From assembly GCA_905178155.1 (NCBI GenBank), contig CAJINV010000004.1:2378228-2442227 (forward strand): a stretch of 64,000 bases of DNA, given 5' to 3'. Positions 1-13,000 of the stretch are shown in pieces. A model generated the notes under the pieces. That model worked only from the letters and a program-made list of their open reading frames with translations, had not been told where the DNA came from and made no database searches. Numbering within the stretch: position 1 is the stretch's first letter; the number at the start of each line of letters is the position of its first letter. This DNA is from Amoebophrya sp. A120 (lineage: Eukaryota > Protista > Dinoflagellata). The position numbers and the translations under genes were made by a program.

Positions 1-151
1 AAGATTTTGATTTTGTGAATTCGTCTTATGCTATTTCAAAGAATTATGCCGATTTTGGGAAATCCAATCGTTGAGCCGCGTGTAAGAAATGGAGGTATAA
101 TCGAGTGTAGCGATGCAGTGATGTTTAAGTTTTTCTTTTCCTCTTTCACAG

Positions 152-2995
152 GACCACGCGTCCGCGACGAAATCGTCCGCGACCCCGAACCTGACCCCCT
201 CGCTTCCCTTTGAGGCGATGCAGGAGAAGCAGACAAATTTGCAAACGCAGATGTTGCTGCAGCAGCAGATGCTGGCCAACATGCGGAATATTCTCCTCCT
301 CCAGCAGTTCAAGGACCGCCGACGGCTGAAAACGACGGACAAGCCGGAGTGGTGGGAGGAACTGGACCGGGAGAGCGTGGAGAAAAACCCCTTCGCCATC
401 CGACCGCTCGAATATGACAGTGCACAACTCCCCCTCCCTCTCATTTGTCATGCAAAACCCCAAATCCAAGTGCGTCCCTGTGGCACTAAGTGCATCACAG
501 ATTCCGGAAGCCCAAACAGTATTACACTAGGCGCATGAGTTTGTCATGAGCAGGCTCCACGTGGTGTGGTGTTTGTATTGCTGTTCATGCGATACAAATG
601 AGGGGGAGGGATAGTTGTGCACTCTCATATCGAAGCCAGCGCCCAGCAGGTGAAGGACGTTGCCAGCGTGTTGCGGAGAGTTGTCGAGGAACAGGAAAAT
701 CAAAATACCCATCAAAAGGGAAATAATAAGCAAATAACCTCGGCTACAACTTCCAAGTCCGTGCGCGGCGGGGGTGGAGCGGCTAGTACAACAGCGAACA
801 AGAAGCAGATTGTTCTTCAACAGCAGCAAATAAACGCCATGACCAGCCCGGCGTCCACGGCAAAGCGGTCCAAAGCCGCGTACTCCAGTCGCATGAGTAG
901 CAAGGGGACCAACAGCAGCAGCATCTACAGCGGTGGTCAACAGCCGCACGGTAGTGCTGCGGCTCTGGCGAAGATGGTCGTAAACAATCAGCAGCAGAAC
1001 AGCAATAGAGTTGTCGGTGTTAGTACGTCGTCTCCAAAGCCATCGTCTCCAAAGCCTTCCTCCAGAACCGCCACACCACTGTTGGAAAAGCGAGCAGCCA
1101 GAATGATGAAGGAGCTCGGTTGCACTATGGGAGAGCAACAGCAAACAAGGTCCTCGCAGCCGGTAGTTCTTGACAAAGTGCAGTCGCTTCTGGACAAAAC
1201 CATCACGCTGGGCCCGGTACAGGAGGAGGTGGAGATGGTGGAAAACGGCATGGAAACAAGGAGCATGAAAAAATCAAATTATACCGACGCAAACAACAAT
1301 AACAATTTGTTGACGACGCCTGACACCGCCGTCCCGCCGACCTCCTCCACCCTCGGCGGAGCCGGACCAACTACGTCAGCCAACACGACCGCTACACAAA
1401 TCACCGTGACGCAGCAAACCCCGGGGTTGAAAGCCTTTCTCTCCTCCCTCGACGAAGCGATGCAGACCTACTCCACGGAACTGATGCGCGCGGAAAGGAA
1501 CATTGCGAGAGAAGTTGTTGTTGGGAACGGTAGCAGCAGTAGCTTGCTGCAAACGGTGGAGCCGAGAGCAGGTGCCGGAGCAGAACAAGCGGCTTTGGAT
1601 CACCAGTATCTGCAAAACACTAGCAACCTGTCTTCCAACTTGGATCTCTTGGAACTGCAGTCGTCGCAATTCTCATCGGCGCAAAACAGCGGCGCGGGAA
1701 CAGGGTCGGGAGCCGGGGTAGCAGCTCCGGGGGCAATTGTGATGAACGCCGCAGAAGCTAATGTACTAGAGGAGGATGAAGAACAGGAGGAACTGCAGGA
1801 GCAACTACAGCAGAAAGACGCGATGTACGATGCTGCATGGACGAATTTCTGCTACGGGGGCAATCCAGCTGAAGAAGGCAATGCTTCCCCCTCTTCGCAA
1901 AGCAACACCATTTCCTTCGTCATCAACGTAGACTGCGGTGGTGGTGCAAACGGAACCACCTCAGGAGGAAATCTAAACTCGCCCACGGTGTCCGTCGTCC
2001 CCGGACCAGCAGCGCAGCAGCAGCCGAAAGTTGAGCAGGAGAAAGAAAAGCAACCAGCGTCCACCTCTCCTTGGCAAACGAGCAGCCGGTTCATGCAGCC
2101 CATGGACGACTTCCTGACCCTGCTCGTTCCGAAGACCGAGGTGGCGCGGAAGCTGGACGGCCCGGGGCTGGCGCTGATTATGTCCGACGCGACGGAGAAG
2201 CAGCGGCAAATGAATTCGATGCAGAAACCAGAACCGCAACTCGTGTACGCCAACGCGAACGGAGCGGGACCTGCGAATACCGTCTACGGGGGCCCCACCT
2301 TGCTAGAGCAGACGGCGCTGGATTTGGCGCAAGCGCAGCAAGCCGGCCTGCACCAGCCGTTTTTGTTGCACCAGCCGCCGCAGGTCGGCCTTCCGTCCGT
2401 GAAACCACAACTCATGTTAGCGGAGCCGGCCGGGATGATGATGCAGGGACCACAGCAGGGTGCAACTGTCAGTTCACCTGCTCTTTATTACGGGACAAAC
2501 AATTTGGTGCAAGAACCAGTCGACCAGCAGCTTGCTCAACAACCACAGCAGGTTCTCTTGCAACCACAGCAACAGCCGCTCGTCTTCCAGGACAGTCGAG
2601 GGGTTCGCTACGGCCCGGCGGCTGCACTACCGGCTGGAGGTCTAGCACCGGGGCAACCGCTCGCCTTCGTCCCAGCTGGTGGTGGTGGACCACAACAGTT
2701 TCTCACTCCCGCAGCGGCTGCTCCTGCAGGGTTAGCAACATCATCTCCTGAGCAACTTTTGACACTGTCTGCACCAGTACAACTGCAGCAACAGCCGAAC
2801 ATCAACTACATGTCAGCAGCAGGAGCAGGTACGCAGCCAGTGCTTGGGAGTACCAGCGGTCAGCCGGAACAACAAATGGTCAGCGTGCAGTCGCCGGTCG
2901 CGGCGCCCGCGGCGTTTGGAATGCAGCAGCCGGCAGTGCTCAGTCCGGTTCTGATGGACCCGGGGAATTTGCAGTGGACCATGCTGCAAGCGTGA
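152..2995 (+). CDS. Low-complexity Q/P/A/S-rich protein, 5'-partial (begins upstream of window); one TIR intron (413-629)
   Basis: Pyrimidine-rich acceptor ...tttcacAG at 151; exon 152-412 is in frame with ORF 218; removing 413-629 plus one TCGAA joins RPLE|ASAQQVKD to ORF 617-2995. No recognisable domain. Confidence 0.75.
413..629. mobile_element. TIR intron (introner), singleton family, 217 bp
   Basis: Left end TATGACAGTGCACAACT..CCCTC, right end reverse complement TATGAGAGTGCACAACT..CCCTC; 5-bp direct repeat TCGAA on both sides; removal restores frame. Confidence 0.9.
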
Positions 2996-5887
2996 TAGGA
3001 AGTGTGCCTAGGCGGCGGGATTGTAGTTGTCGCACTACTTAGTTGCAGCTTATCCTCTGCAACCCACTATTAGTTTTAGCTTTGAAACATGTACATGCTT
3101 GAATTAGATTTTACTTCACAATAACCTCGAAGTAGCGAGGAACTGGCGCGTCCAGCTAGCAACCGTTTCGTTTCGAATTCAGATTTTCTGTGCTGATGTA
3201 CTTACCACAGCTAGGAGAGTAGCGGTACATACAGTATTGGAATACAAACAATTTTGGTCTTGCGCTGACAGTTATGTCATTCAAAGTTCTACCCGTTTCC
3301 GGTTTGTCATATTGTATCGAAATTTCACAACTGCTACTGGCGCATATATCACTTGCACATCCTTAGCTACAACGCCTACCCAGTTTTTTTGTGCCCACGC
3401 CTAAGTCGAAAACTCCAAAAACCTTTTGATCATGCCCCCATGATGCGTTTCTACCTGACATATTACTCATGGCATATTTCACAGCGTGAACGGAGAATAA
3501 ATCACGATGCTTGTTTATGCATACGCGACTGCTATGTACACGAAGTTGTCCGAATGCTCTATTTTCAGTGGTTCAGCCTCACGAGTAGGGCTTTCGCTTG
3601 TAGTAGGGCTTTGGCTCTACGGGGAGGCTTTTGTTGTGAATGCGATGTGTTCCCTGCTTTGAGATTGTTGAGAACAAAGAGACGAAGATCCCGACACATA
3701 GTTGAGCAGCAGGCTCGCTTTCGATCGTTTGGACCTGGTTTGCTTCATTCATTTCCTTGATCGCCGCATCGCGCGCAAGGTTTAGAAGCCAACGGCGCGG
3801 AAAGGGGGCGGACCAGCGGCGGGCCGAAAGCTTTCGCGCGCAGACTGTTCACGGGGGCGCCGAGGAAAGCGCGGGCGTTGCGGAGTTTCCCAAGGGGCCA
3901 GGCCTCGCGCCGCGCCTTGGCCGCCGGCGTGTTCGCGGGCGGGGATGCAAATGCGCGCCCCGCCCGGCGGCAAGGCTTCGCGCCGGCGTCCTTTTGTGTG
4001 GTCGCAGGGCGGCGGCAGGGTCCGCAAATCACCGGCCGCGCGATTGGGCCGGGAGGCGTCCGGGCCCTGTGTCTTTCGGCAAATTCGGAGACAAAGCCCA
4101 ATCCGCCAGCGGGCCGGCCGGGTGAAGTGTTGGATATGTGGAGGGTCAAACAACAGTGGCGCTTCTCGACTTGCAAACGCGGTGGCGTATGTACAACGCA
4201 TTCCTTCGCAATGAATCACGTGCCGAGCGTTCTAATCGTTCGAGAAGAAAACGCGCCCCATGGTAACTATTCCTCTCGGGGAGCCAAAGAACTTCCGTGC
4301 CAAGGACTCCCCGAAGAAGAAGCCGCCGGGCCGCTGGCTTCCTTCCTGCCTCGCCCCGGGGGGCAAGTGCGCAGGCCCTAGGCCCAAAAGGCAGAGAGCG
4401 GGCCTATGTGAACCCGGTGGAGGAAGGTGGGAAGCTGGAGCTGCACGGGGGCAGCCTCCCAAATCCCAAGCATGCAGGGAGGTGCCCACCCTCCCGCGCG
4501 CCCCATGTATATTCAAGTTTATAACCGGTCGAGAGGCGGCGAAAGTGCGGGCGATGCCGGCCGAGGCGGCGCGCAGGTTGGTAGGTTTGGGCCGTGGGCC
4601 TTCCGCGTGGTGCCTCGCTCCATCGGGTGGAGTGGTTACCAGTTGGACAGCGCCAGGCAGCCAGGGCCCGGCCCCCTGGTTCTGCCGCGGCCCGATCTAT
4701 GTGTGGCGACCGCGCGCCCGCGCCTGGCGTGGATAAAGGGCGGGGGTTGCGTCCGGAGGGAGGGGGCGGCGCGGCGGGGCTCCGGCGCGCCCGCGCTTGT
4801 TCACCCGCGGGGCGCAAATAAGCGCGGCGCGCGGGCCAAGGTGGGCCCGCGCCCGAGCAAAGCTAGGCGGCGCCGCGCGCCGGCCCGAGAGGGCGCTGCC
4901 CGGGGGCCAATGGTGTCCGCTGGCCTCCCGGCGGCCGTGCAGAAGCTGCGGGCGGCAGCTACCGCGGTCGCTGGCCTGGGTGCGGTCGGTTGAAGAGTGG
5001 GCGGCAGCGCTTTGGCCTTTTGCAGCGTGTTGGAGCGGGCCGCCGTCCCGCCCGCCCCCGCTTGCGCTTGTTCCTCGCTTCTGCTTGCGCCGCCCCATTT
5101 GGCGCGCCTTCTTCGCAGCGGGGCCGCCTGGGTGCGTGCGTTGGCTTGCGCCGCGTGCGGGCGCGCCGGCCGTGCGTCTGTCTGGCCGCCCGGGCCGCTC
5201 GCGCGGGGGGGGCGGGGGGGGTTTCACGCCGTTCCACCTGCCCCGGCATTTTCTTTTTTGCCGCGCCGCACGGTGCGCATTCCATCCTACTCACCGGCTT
5301 CGCCTGCACCTGAATTGCCGCGGCCCCCCCGCCTGCGTGTGTGGCGGATTGCCTGCGGCTGGCGCCATGCTGTGCTAGGGTCCCCCGGGCCCGGGTGCGT
5401 GTGCGGCCGCGTATTTGCTTTTTCTTCATGAGGCGGATGTTAGTTTTGTTCGCTCTGACCCTGCCCGGTCGTATTAGCTGCAAACAAACTAGACGGGGCG
5501 GTAAGTGAAGACGTAACTCCTTCATTCACACGCAACACGACGACGGCCGCGCGAAAAGCTATGGTTGCGGGAGGTTGTCCCGTCTGTGTTTGTGTTCTGC
5601 GCCACATGCATAGGCCGCTCCCGGACGGCTACTTGACTTGTTCAGTGAAGCGCTCCGAAGGTTCAACCCAACCAGTTCTGAGGCCGGTACTTCTCGGCGC
5701 CATCGCTATGTAGCCTCCATTTACCACTGAAGGCTGAGCCTAATCATAAAGGAGCACAATCTGAATAGTCCCCTCTTTTCGTTCTTTTCTAGTCTGTCAG
5801 CTGCGCGAACACTGTAGTCCACACACTATAAAACGAGCAGACTGGTTCGTGAGAGTAAGTAGCCCCGACATCGAGCAAGGATCAATC

Positions 5888-7708
5888 ATGAAAGTTACTA
5901 CGAGCAGCAGCGAACCGGGCCCGACTGCGAATCTGCCCCCTCTTCTCCGGGGTGAAGCAATAGCAGCAGCCGTCGCCCCAGTAGATGTATCCGTGGACAA
6001 TGGGAACGCGTACGTCCGAGTCCAAGCCCTGTTCGTCACGAGCCATCGTGTCATTTTGGATTTCGGTACAAGTACAACTTGCGGCGCTCCTCCGCACCAG
6101 AGGAGCTCGGAACATGCGGAGCTTGAAGTCGCCATCCGAAAGTCCTTTTCCTCCGCCGCGCCGTCATTCCAACCTGAGCAAAGGACCACGGCCTCCGCAG
6201 TATCCTCGAGTTCGAGGTCCAGCAGTGGTTCTTCCGGGGCGGTTCGAAATGCAAGCGCCTCTTCGACTTCCGAAATAGACATGCGCGCATCGTACTCTAC
6301 TTCGGATCAGTCGCCCGCCGCGATAAGGCTGGACCGGGTGGAGGCGGTCTTGTTGCAAGGTAGCGGGCTCTTTCGCCGACAGCGAGTTCAGGTGGTTGTT
6401 CGAACTTCAGAGCAGATGGAAGCCGGCGTACAAAGGAGCAGTGTCGGAGTACTGCCAAGTGGAGATGGTGGCACAACGAGAACACAACAACCAAAGGGCG
6501 CCAGTGCGAGCGCCGCGCTGCTTTTTCGCCCTGAGAGCCAGGAGCAGGTATTGGCCCTCTTCCACTGCTTGCAGAAGCAGATCGAAGGACGTGCCTGGGT
6601 GCAGACCGGCGGTTATCAGGAAACTATAGGGAGTGGCACCACTGCAGCTTCAACTGGATCAAGATCCGACGGCGCTGACGCTGCCTCTAGTAAGAACAGA
6701 ACTGCAGCTCCCAGTACGGTCGGCGGCATTACGGCGGTCTTGCAAAGGAGCGAGGCCAGGCAGGCTTTGGAGAAGCAGCACGCGGAGCAGGGCCTGCAGG
6801 ACTTCCAGAGCTTGAAGAAAAACGCAGATCTGCTGGCGAAACTGGCCAAACGCGTGGCCAACACCACGAGTTCCGCGTCTAGTGCAAGTTCCGACGACAA
6901 CGAAATCCGCAAACTACTGCGGGATTACGGGCTGTGCACGGATAAGGAGAAGCAGAAAAACGCCACCGCCTCGAGTTTGGGTGAGACTCGGGTACCTTTG
7001 GAGGACCACGGGGGAAAGGGAGCAACTGCTGGACGAGAAGAACGTAGCTCCGAAACACAAGCATTTTCTGGTATCCCAGAAAGACAAGAAGAGTCGCAGC
7101 CACGAGCTGCTACTGATCGTAGAAGCGGCGATCATGCTGAGAAGTCCGACACCAGCCACGATGAGCTCACGGTTAGCTGGGTGGTGAAGAGGGCACTGGC
7201 GAATACCAACGCAAACGAAATTCTTGTCCACGACGTATTTTGTCTTTACAATCGCCTGCGCGGCACGGATCCGGTCTCCCCCGCCGAGCTGCTGGAGAGG
7301 ATTCAAGCAGAGAGCAGTCAAACGAGAGACAAAGGAAATGACGCGTCTGGAAGTATTAGAGTTGGGGGGAAGAATTCTGTGTCTGATTTCGAACGCGACT
7401 CGATAGTGTTGCGAAAGGTGAATAACGTGTCGATTCTGGAAATGCGAGCAAAGGCTGAGTCGCCGACGGAGGTGGGCCGGCGGATTGTGCAGACGATTGC
7501 GGATCGGGAGACCACCGCGGCGGGGGGAGCGACTGCTGCGACAGGCATTAGCGCTGCGGAGCTGGCATTGGCGTGGAACATCAGCTTGGGACTGGCCGTT
7601 GCGAAGCTGAAACTCGCGGAACAAGCAGCGATTTTGTGCAGGGACGATACGGTGGAGGGGCTCTTCTTCTACGAGAACAGATTTATGATGATGGGCGAGG
7701 TTTTTTAA
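5888..7708 (+). CDS. VPS36: ESCRT-II subunit VPS36/EAP45
   Basis: GLUE-like N-terminus (LLRGE...FVTSHRVI); C-terminal EAP30 winged-helix motifs DVFCLYNRLRGTDPVSPAELL and AEQAAILCRDDTVEGLFFYENRF. Uninterrupted ORF; first ATG at 5888. Confidence 0.9.
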   Translation: MKVTTSSSEPGPTANLPPLLRGEAIAAAVAPVDVSVDNGNAYVRVQALFVTSHRVILDFGTSTTCGAPPHQRSSEHAELEVAIRKSFSSAAPSFQPEQRTTASAVSSSSRSSSGSSGAVRNASASSTSEIDMRASYSTSDQSPAAIRLDRVEAVLLQGSGLFRRQRVQVVVRTSEQMEAGVQRSSVGVLPSGDGGTTRTQQPKGASASAALLFRPESQEQVLALFHCLQKQIEGRAWVQTGGYQETIGSGTTAASTGSRSDGADAASSKNRTAAPSTVGGITAVLQRSEARQALEKQHAEQGLQDFQSLKKNADLLAKLAKRVANTTSSASSASSDDNEIRKLLRDYGLCTDKEKQKNATASSLGETRVPLEDHGGKGATAGREERSSETQAFSGIPERQEESQPRAATDRRSGDHAEKSDTSHDELTVSWVVKRALANTNANEILVHDVFCLYNRLRGTDPVSPAELLERIQAESSQTRDKGNDASGSIRVGGKNSVSDFERDSIVLRKVNNVSILEMRAKAESPTEVGRRIVQTIADRETTAAGGATAATGISAAELALAWNISLGLAVAKLKLAEQAAILCRDDTVEGLFFYENRFMMMGEVF

Positions 7709-10039
7709 TCTTGCTTGAAGAGTAAGCAATCAATAATGGCGCAGATTTGTTGATGAAAAAAATGACGAAGTAGAAGTAAATGTAAGTACCGCACGGCAGA
7801 GCATGTTTACTGTTTTTTGCTCTGTTTTATTGCACATGGAAGGCCAAGAGATGCGGAAGCCGCATAGCAGAAAAACCAAAACTCATCCTGTGGGAGGTGG
7901 GCCTTTCGCTGCTAGCCACAGGCTTACAGTTGGTTCTGTCAGGGCCCAGAGCTGTTATGGTCTTCCCCAAGTGTTCAAGGAGAAGCGCCGAAGGAGGGAG
8001 AGCGGGCACGTATGGAAGAACGAGCGGGAGCGCGAATTTGTGCCAGAATGAGGCGAAGGAGTTTGCACAGCTACGCGCGGGGATGTCTGCGGCCCGTGCG
8101 TGTTTTGCCGCCGTGGCAGCGGGCGCGCGCGCAAGCGCGGGAGGCGCACGCGGAGGACGCGCAAGCGCGCGCAAAGTTGCCGGGCGTGCGGCTGCAGCTG
8201 AAGCGCGAGGCCGGTCCTGCTTTTTGCCGTTTCTCGCTCCGTGATCCGGGCAACCGGCCGCAGCAGTTTCGGGGCGCGCGAAATCCTTCGCGCGGAGATG
8301 GATTCGCCGAGGCTTTGGACAGGGATGGCGGTCGGTGCGTGGAAATCGGCACCCCAGACACAGCTGGAGAGCACCAGGCCGGGAGATTGCACTCCGGCGA
8401 GAAGATCTGCGGCGCGCGTTGTTTGGGCGATATAAAAAATTTGCCCCATGTTTTCACGGAGCCGAAGGCCCGATGGGCGCCGGATGTTTCCCAACAACGC
8501 AGAGAGATCGGGGACTTTCCGGAGGCGGCCGGCCCCGCTTCGCCACAAATTCCAACCTTGCCCCGCGCGCCTTTATACCCCTTCCGGGGCCCGGGCGGGG
8601 TATGCGGGCGGGCCGCCGCGCATATGTTCTTTATTTTCCCGCGGGAATCCCGGGACGAGTGGAAGCGCCCGGGCGATTAATAGCACGGGGGCCGGCTCTG
8701 CGTATTGGCGCGCCCTTGTTAGTGTCCCGCGTAGGATATGGCCCGCGCCGCGCCCGCGCCGCGCCGCGCCCGCGTATTCTTTCACCTATACTGACGAAGT
8801 CGATGGAGAATGTCGACGCTCCGCCACCCAGCAGAACTAACGCCAAAGTGCCCCGCCATCCGATACAGGCCGAGGCCGCAGCCAGCCAGCAGCGTTCCCG
8901 GTATTTGTGCCCGGGCCCGGCGCGCCTTGCTTGTTTGCCTTCTTTGCTTGTTGGCAGCGGGCGCCTTGGGTGCCTGTGGGCCCTTCCCATTGCCTCCCCC
9001 GCCCTGCTGCTTGCTTTTGGCGCCTGGGCCTCGGCGCCGGCTGCCGGTTGTGCATCCACGAAACGAACCGGCCCCGGCGTGGCTTCTTTCTTTTCTGGCG
9101 GGCGCCTCCTTCCGGGCTGTCAGTCGGCCCGATGGTGTTGCCGCCTCGCGCGCGGGCCCGCCGGGTGCCGGGCCCCCAAGCACTCCCTCGCAATAGCGCC
9201 GGCCCCGAGGCCGGGTTGGCCGCGCAGCTGTTTCTTTGTCATCGCTGAGCGGCTCTTGCATCGGTCACGCTCTCGGCTCTGTGCGGTGTTTTTATTTATT
9301 TTGTGCGACGTGGGGGCCCACAAAAAGAGCGTGGTGGGCCTTGAGGTGAGCTCGCTTCCTTGAAAGTCAGCATGCATGTCTGATGGAACTGCCGGCCGCC
9401 TTGTAGACGATGCACGGCATTCGTTCGTATTTCTCCAGTTGGGGAGGTGTTCCCGTACTCGAAGCACGGCCGCACAAAAGTAGGTTGGAGTCATTTCACT
9501 ATTTTCTTTCGATCGTGGTCCCTGTCGTCCGTGATGTCGTGTGCACGCATCTGTGAGAGAGCGGCTTGGGAAATGGCAATAATTGACAAGAAGAAATTGT
9601 TGGAAGCTCTTTCGTGCGCAATTAGGCGGGGTTTGCCCTTTTTCTTGCAATCACTACCATACAGCGCGGCACGCTTGCCTGTCGGCAATGTGAGTGGGCA
9701 CAGGAAGAGGCAAGAATTGTTACTTGTTAGAAATCTTCGCTAAAAAAGTAGACGGCAGTTAAAGAGGAAAGGTTCGCATGTTCCGGCGGAGGTACTAGTA
9801 CGAGTGCATAGTGGTCTGAAAGCGACATGCAGATAAAGCTAGATGAGTGGCAAAGCACGAGAGAAGTACCTACGCCGAGCTGGATGATGAAGTCCTTCGT
9901 CGCACTGAACAAGCTAGTTGTAAAGAAACGGGCCGCTACTTCTACTTGCTATGCCAAGACAGCAGAACGCAATGTAGGATTGCTGCTCGCGAAAGGTATA
10001 ATAAGAAATAACTCGTGATCTCCAGCAAAAACAAACCAC

Positions 10040-13000
10040 ATGCGCCGGTCCGCATCGGCCGGGCGCGTGTCGCCTTTTTTGCGGCGGTCCGGATCCGTTA
10101 CCGGCGACACACAAAGCACAGCCACCACAGCCACAACGTTGGCAGGAAACAAAAGGCCACCGCCGCAGCAAGAGTCGCCCTCCAAAATTATTCGGAAAGG
10201 CGTTCTCTTGGAAGAGACCAAGGCCGACGGGAGTGTGCGTGTCCGATGGAAGCCCAGCACTAGCAGTTCCTCTACCCGAGCAGCAGGTGGCAGTGCTTCA
10301 ACGACTAGAAACAAAAGTTTCTCGTCCGGGGTCAATACGACGACCAACAGGCCCGGAACAACTTACAACAAACCCAGCCCAGTACAACTACTATCCTCCG
10401 CACCAGCCGCCTCGGCCAATGCCAACATGCGGGTGGACGAAATTCTGGCCGATTTATTTCCAACGCCGAGCGGCCAGCCGAGCCGCGCGTCCTCCAGTAC
10501 TAGCTCAGCAACATCTTCGAAGCCGGGCCCGGTACGGGGCACGGCTGGTGCAGCGGCAGTGGTCCTCGAACAGTTTTCTGCGGACCCGAACTCCTTGCTG
10601 AAAGAGGTGCTGGAGCAGGACCCGAGCACGCTGCGGCTCAGCCTCTTGCGGAACCGCCGACATGCTTCGGCCGATAAAAATCGGGGAACGACCCACCTAA
10701 ACGACAGGTCGGCAAGCCGACAGGAGCCGTCACCGATCGTGAACAAAGAACAAACCCCACCGTCCCCGGTCGCGTCGAGTGAAGGGTCGAAGGCAAGCAG
10801 CTCGACGTCGAAGAAGCTCCGGCTGTCGCTGAGTTTGGACCAGATGAAGACGAATTCGAAAGAAAGCATAAGTCTTGATGCTCGCAATCCACCGCCCATG
10901 GAAGCTGCGTCGAAAGAAGTTCATCTCAAGAACACAGCGACCGGCTCTACTAGTACTTTATTGCCCAAAAGCGCGGACACCACCATGGATACGATGACGC
11001 CGTTGACTTCGACCACGTCGCGGCGGTACTACGTGCAGGCCGACGGATTTTCGTCGCAGGCGAGCAGCCCGGGGACCGGGCGGATTCGCGCTGAATCTAC
11101 TTACGGGGGCGTGGGGGAGTTGCCTGCGCAGAAGTTCTTGTCAACTTCGTCTGGTAAAATAAATCAGACCGCTGTAACTTCGTCCTCGTCGCGCGCGAGC
11201 AGCCGTGGGAGGGGAAATCTTCAAAGCTCCTCTCCACTGGATACTAACACGAACAAGGTTGGTGCTGGCGCCGTGATCGCCGGGAATAATCCTTCGTCTT
11301 CCAGCACGGCAGGCGGTGGTCCTTTTTTTCAGCCACAATCCCGTGCTGGTCGGGGAGATTTTACGAGGACGAGCAGTAAAGAAAGTCAGAGTCAGCCCGA
11401 AATTGATGACAGTTCCGCCATGGAGCTCGGCTCCCTCGTGGAGCGTTCCGACCTGGCACGGAGCTTTTTCAACTGGCGGTTTCAGTTATGCAATGCAAAA
11501 GGAAAAGTATTGTTATTGTACTAGTAGTAATTGCAATACAAAATGGCTCAGCATTACAAATTTAAATTTGTAATGCGGGTTTCCCTAAGCACCTAGATTT
11601 GTAATGTATAACTGCAATTACTACGAGTGCGATACTTTTGCAGAGGATATCAGTTGTTGCAGAAGCGGTTTGACGACACCCACGTGGAGCAGCAGCACGG
11701 GCTGCTGGTCGCCGCGAAGTTTCTGAAGGACAGTCGGCGAAAAGAGCAAAGATTTCTCCTCGAGAAGGCCTTTTTGCAGTGGGCACGGACGGCGGCGACC
11801 AGTTTGGACCAGCGGGCTCTCGCCGCAGAAATCAAGGCGCAGTGCTTGGAAGACTTCACGATGCGAGAGGCTGGGCTGCGGGACGCGTTGCGGAACCACG
11901 TGCGGGAGAAGATGGAGATGTTGGTGGATAGTAGTTGCAACGGCGCTGCAGGAGGTAGGCCGGGCTCTTCATCTTTATCTTCGTCGGCGATGGTACTGAG
12001 AAAGATGGCGTTCTTCAGTTGGAAAATGACCGCGGCAGAGGGGATCGCGCTGCGGGCGAAGGCTGCTGCAGGTGAGCTAGTTTGATTTGGTTTCTCTTGT
12101 ACAACAATAGGAATAGGATCTGTTTCATAATCAACTGCAACTCCACGACCAGACTCTTCTTCACTTCTGCGTCCTTGTGGGTGTTGTCGTGGAGGATCTG
12201 CACGCAGTAGTTTGGAGGTTTTTCAAGATTTTTCGGTGAGTTCTTTGTCGTGCGCAGAATTCTTGATTTCGTTTTGGATTTCGACAAGTGCCCCAAGAAT
12301 TTGCGTTTGACATTGACCCCGATAGTACCAGGCATTTCACATGGATCGACATGTACTTACGCGCCAACTTTCTTCAGATGCCGCCAAGCAAGAGGAAGCT
12401 TTGACCGACGCTCCGGCGCTCGAAGCGCTCGCAACCCTGCAACGACAGGAGGAAGACCTCCACGGGCAAGAACAAACGCGCCGCACCCTTTTACACGACC
12501 GCAGGAAGGAGCGGAAACTTGCCGAGATCGTCAAGGCGGCGGACGAGGAAAATATTAAAACTGGAGAAGGCGGCTCGTCGTTTTCCAGATCTTTTAGTTC
12601 TTCGAAAGGCACGTCGAACAGTAGTAGAGCGGGCACTCCCACCGAGGACTACGGGAATGCATCAAATTCTGTTCCTACTTTGAAGCAGCAGATCAACGCG
12701 AAGCAGCTGCAACTGGAGCAGGAGGTGCTCCAGCACAAACTCGCGGACACAGGAGAGGAGAAGTTGAAGCTGGCGAAGCAAGATGTGCTGCAGAAGTCGG
12801 AAGAACAGGAGCTGCTGCTCTCCCAGAAAAACCAGGAGGTGGGCTCGCTGCTGCAGAAGGTCGGCGACCTGCAGCAGCAGATCGTCGACATGGGGAATTG
12901 GATAAACCACGGCAGTGGGATCATGATGAAAACAAATGAGGACGACACCGAGGAGACTGAAGAATCCAGGCAAGCGAGTTTGCAGCGACTGCAGCACGCG

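Noticed and set aside
3757-5431. Overlapping R/G/P/A-rich ORFs as genes (also 7950-9363, 32930-33830 and the 460-aa ORF 55235-56617)
   Set aside because: Open in most frames on both strands because high GC depletes stop codons; no domains and composition unlike the supported genes.
11541-11552. Dinoflagellate spliced-leader relic (AGCCATTTT on the minus strand; also ~42342)
   Set aside because: Only a 9-nt match, located inside TIR elements; expected by chance.
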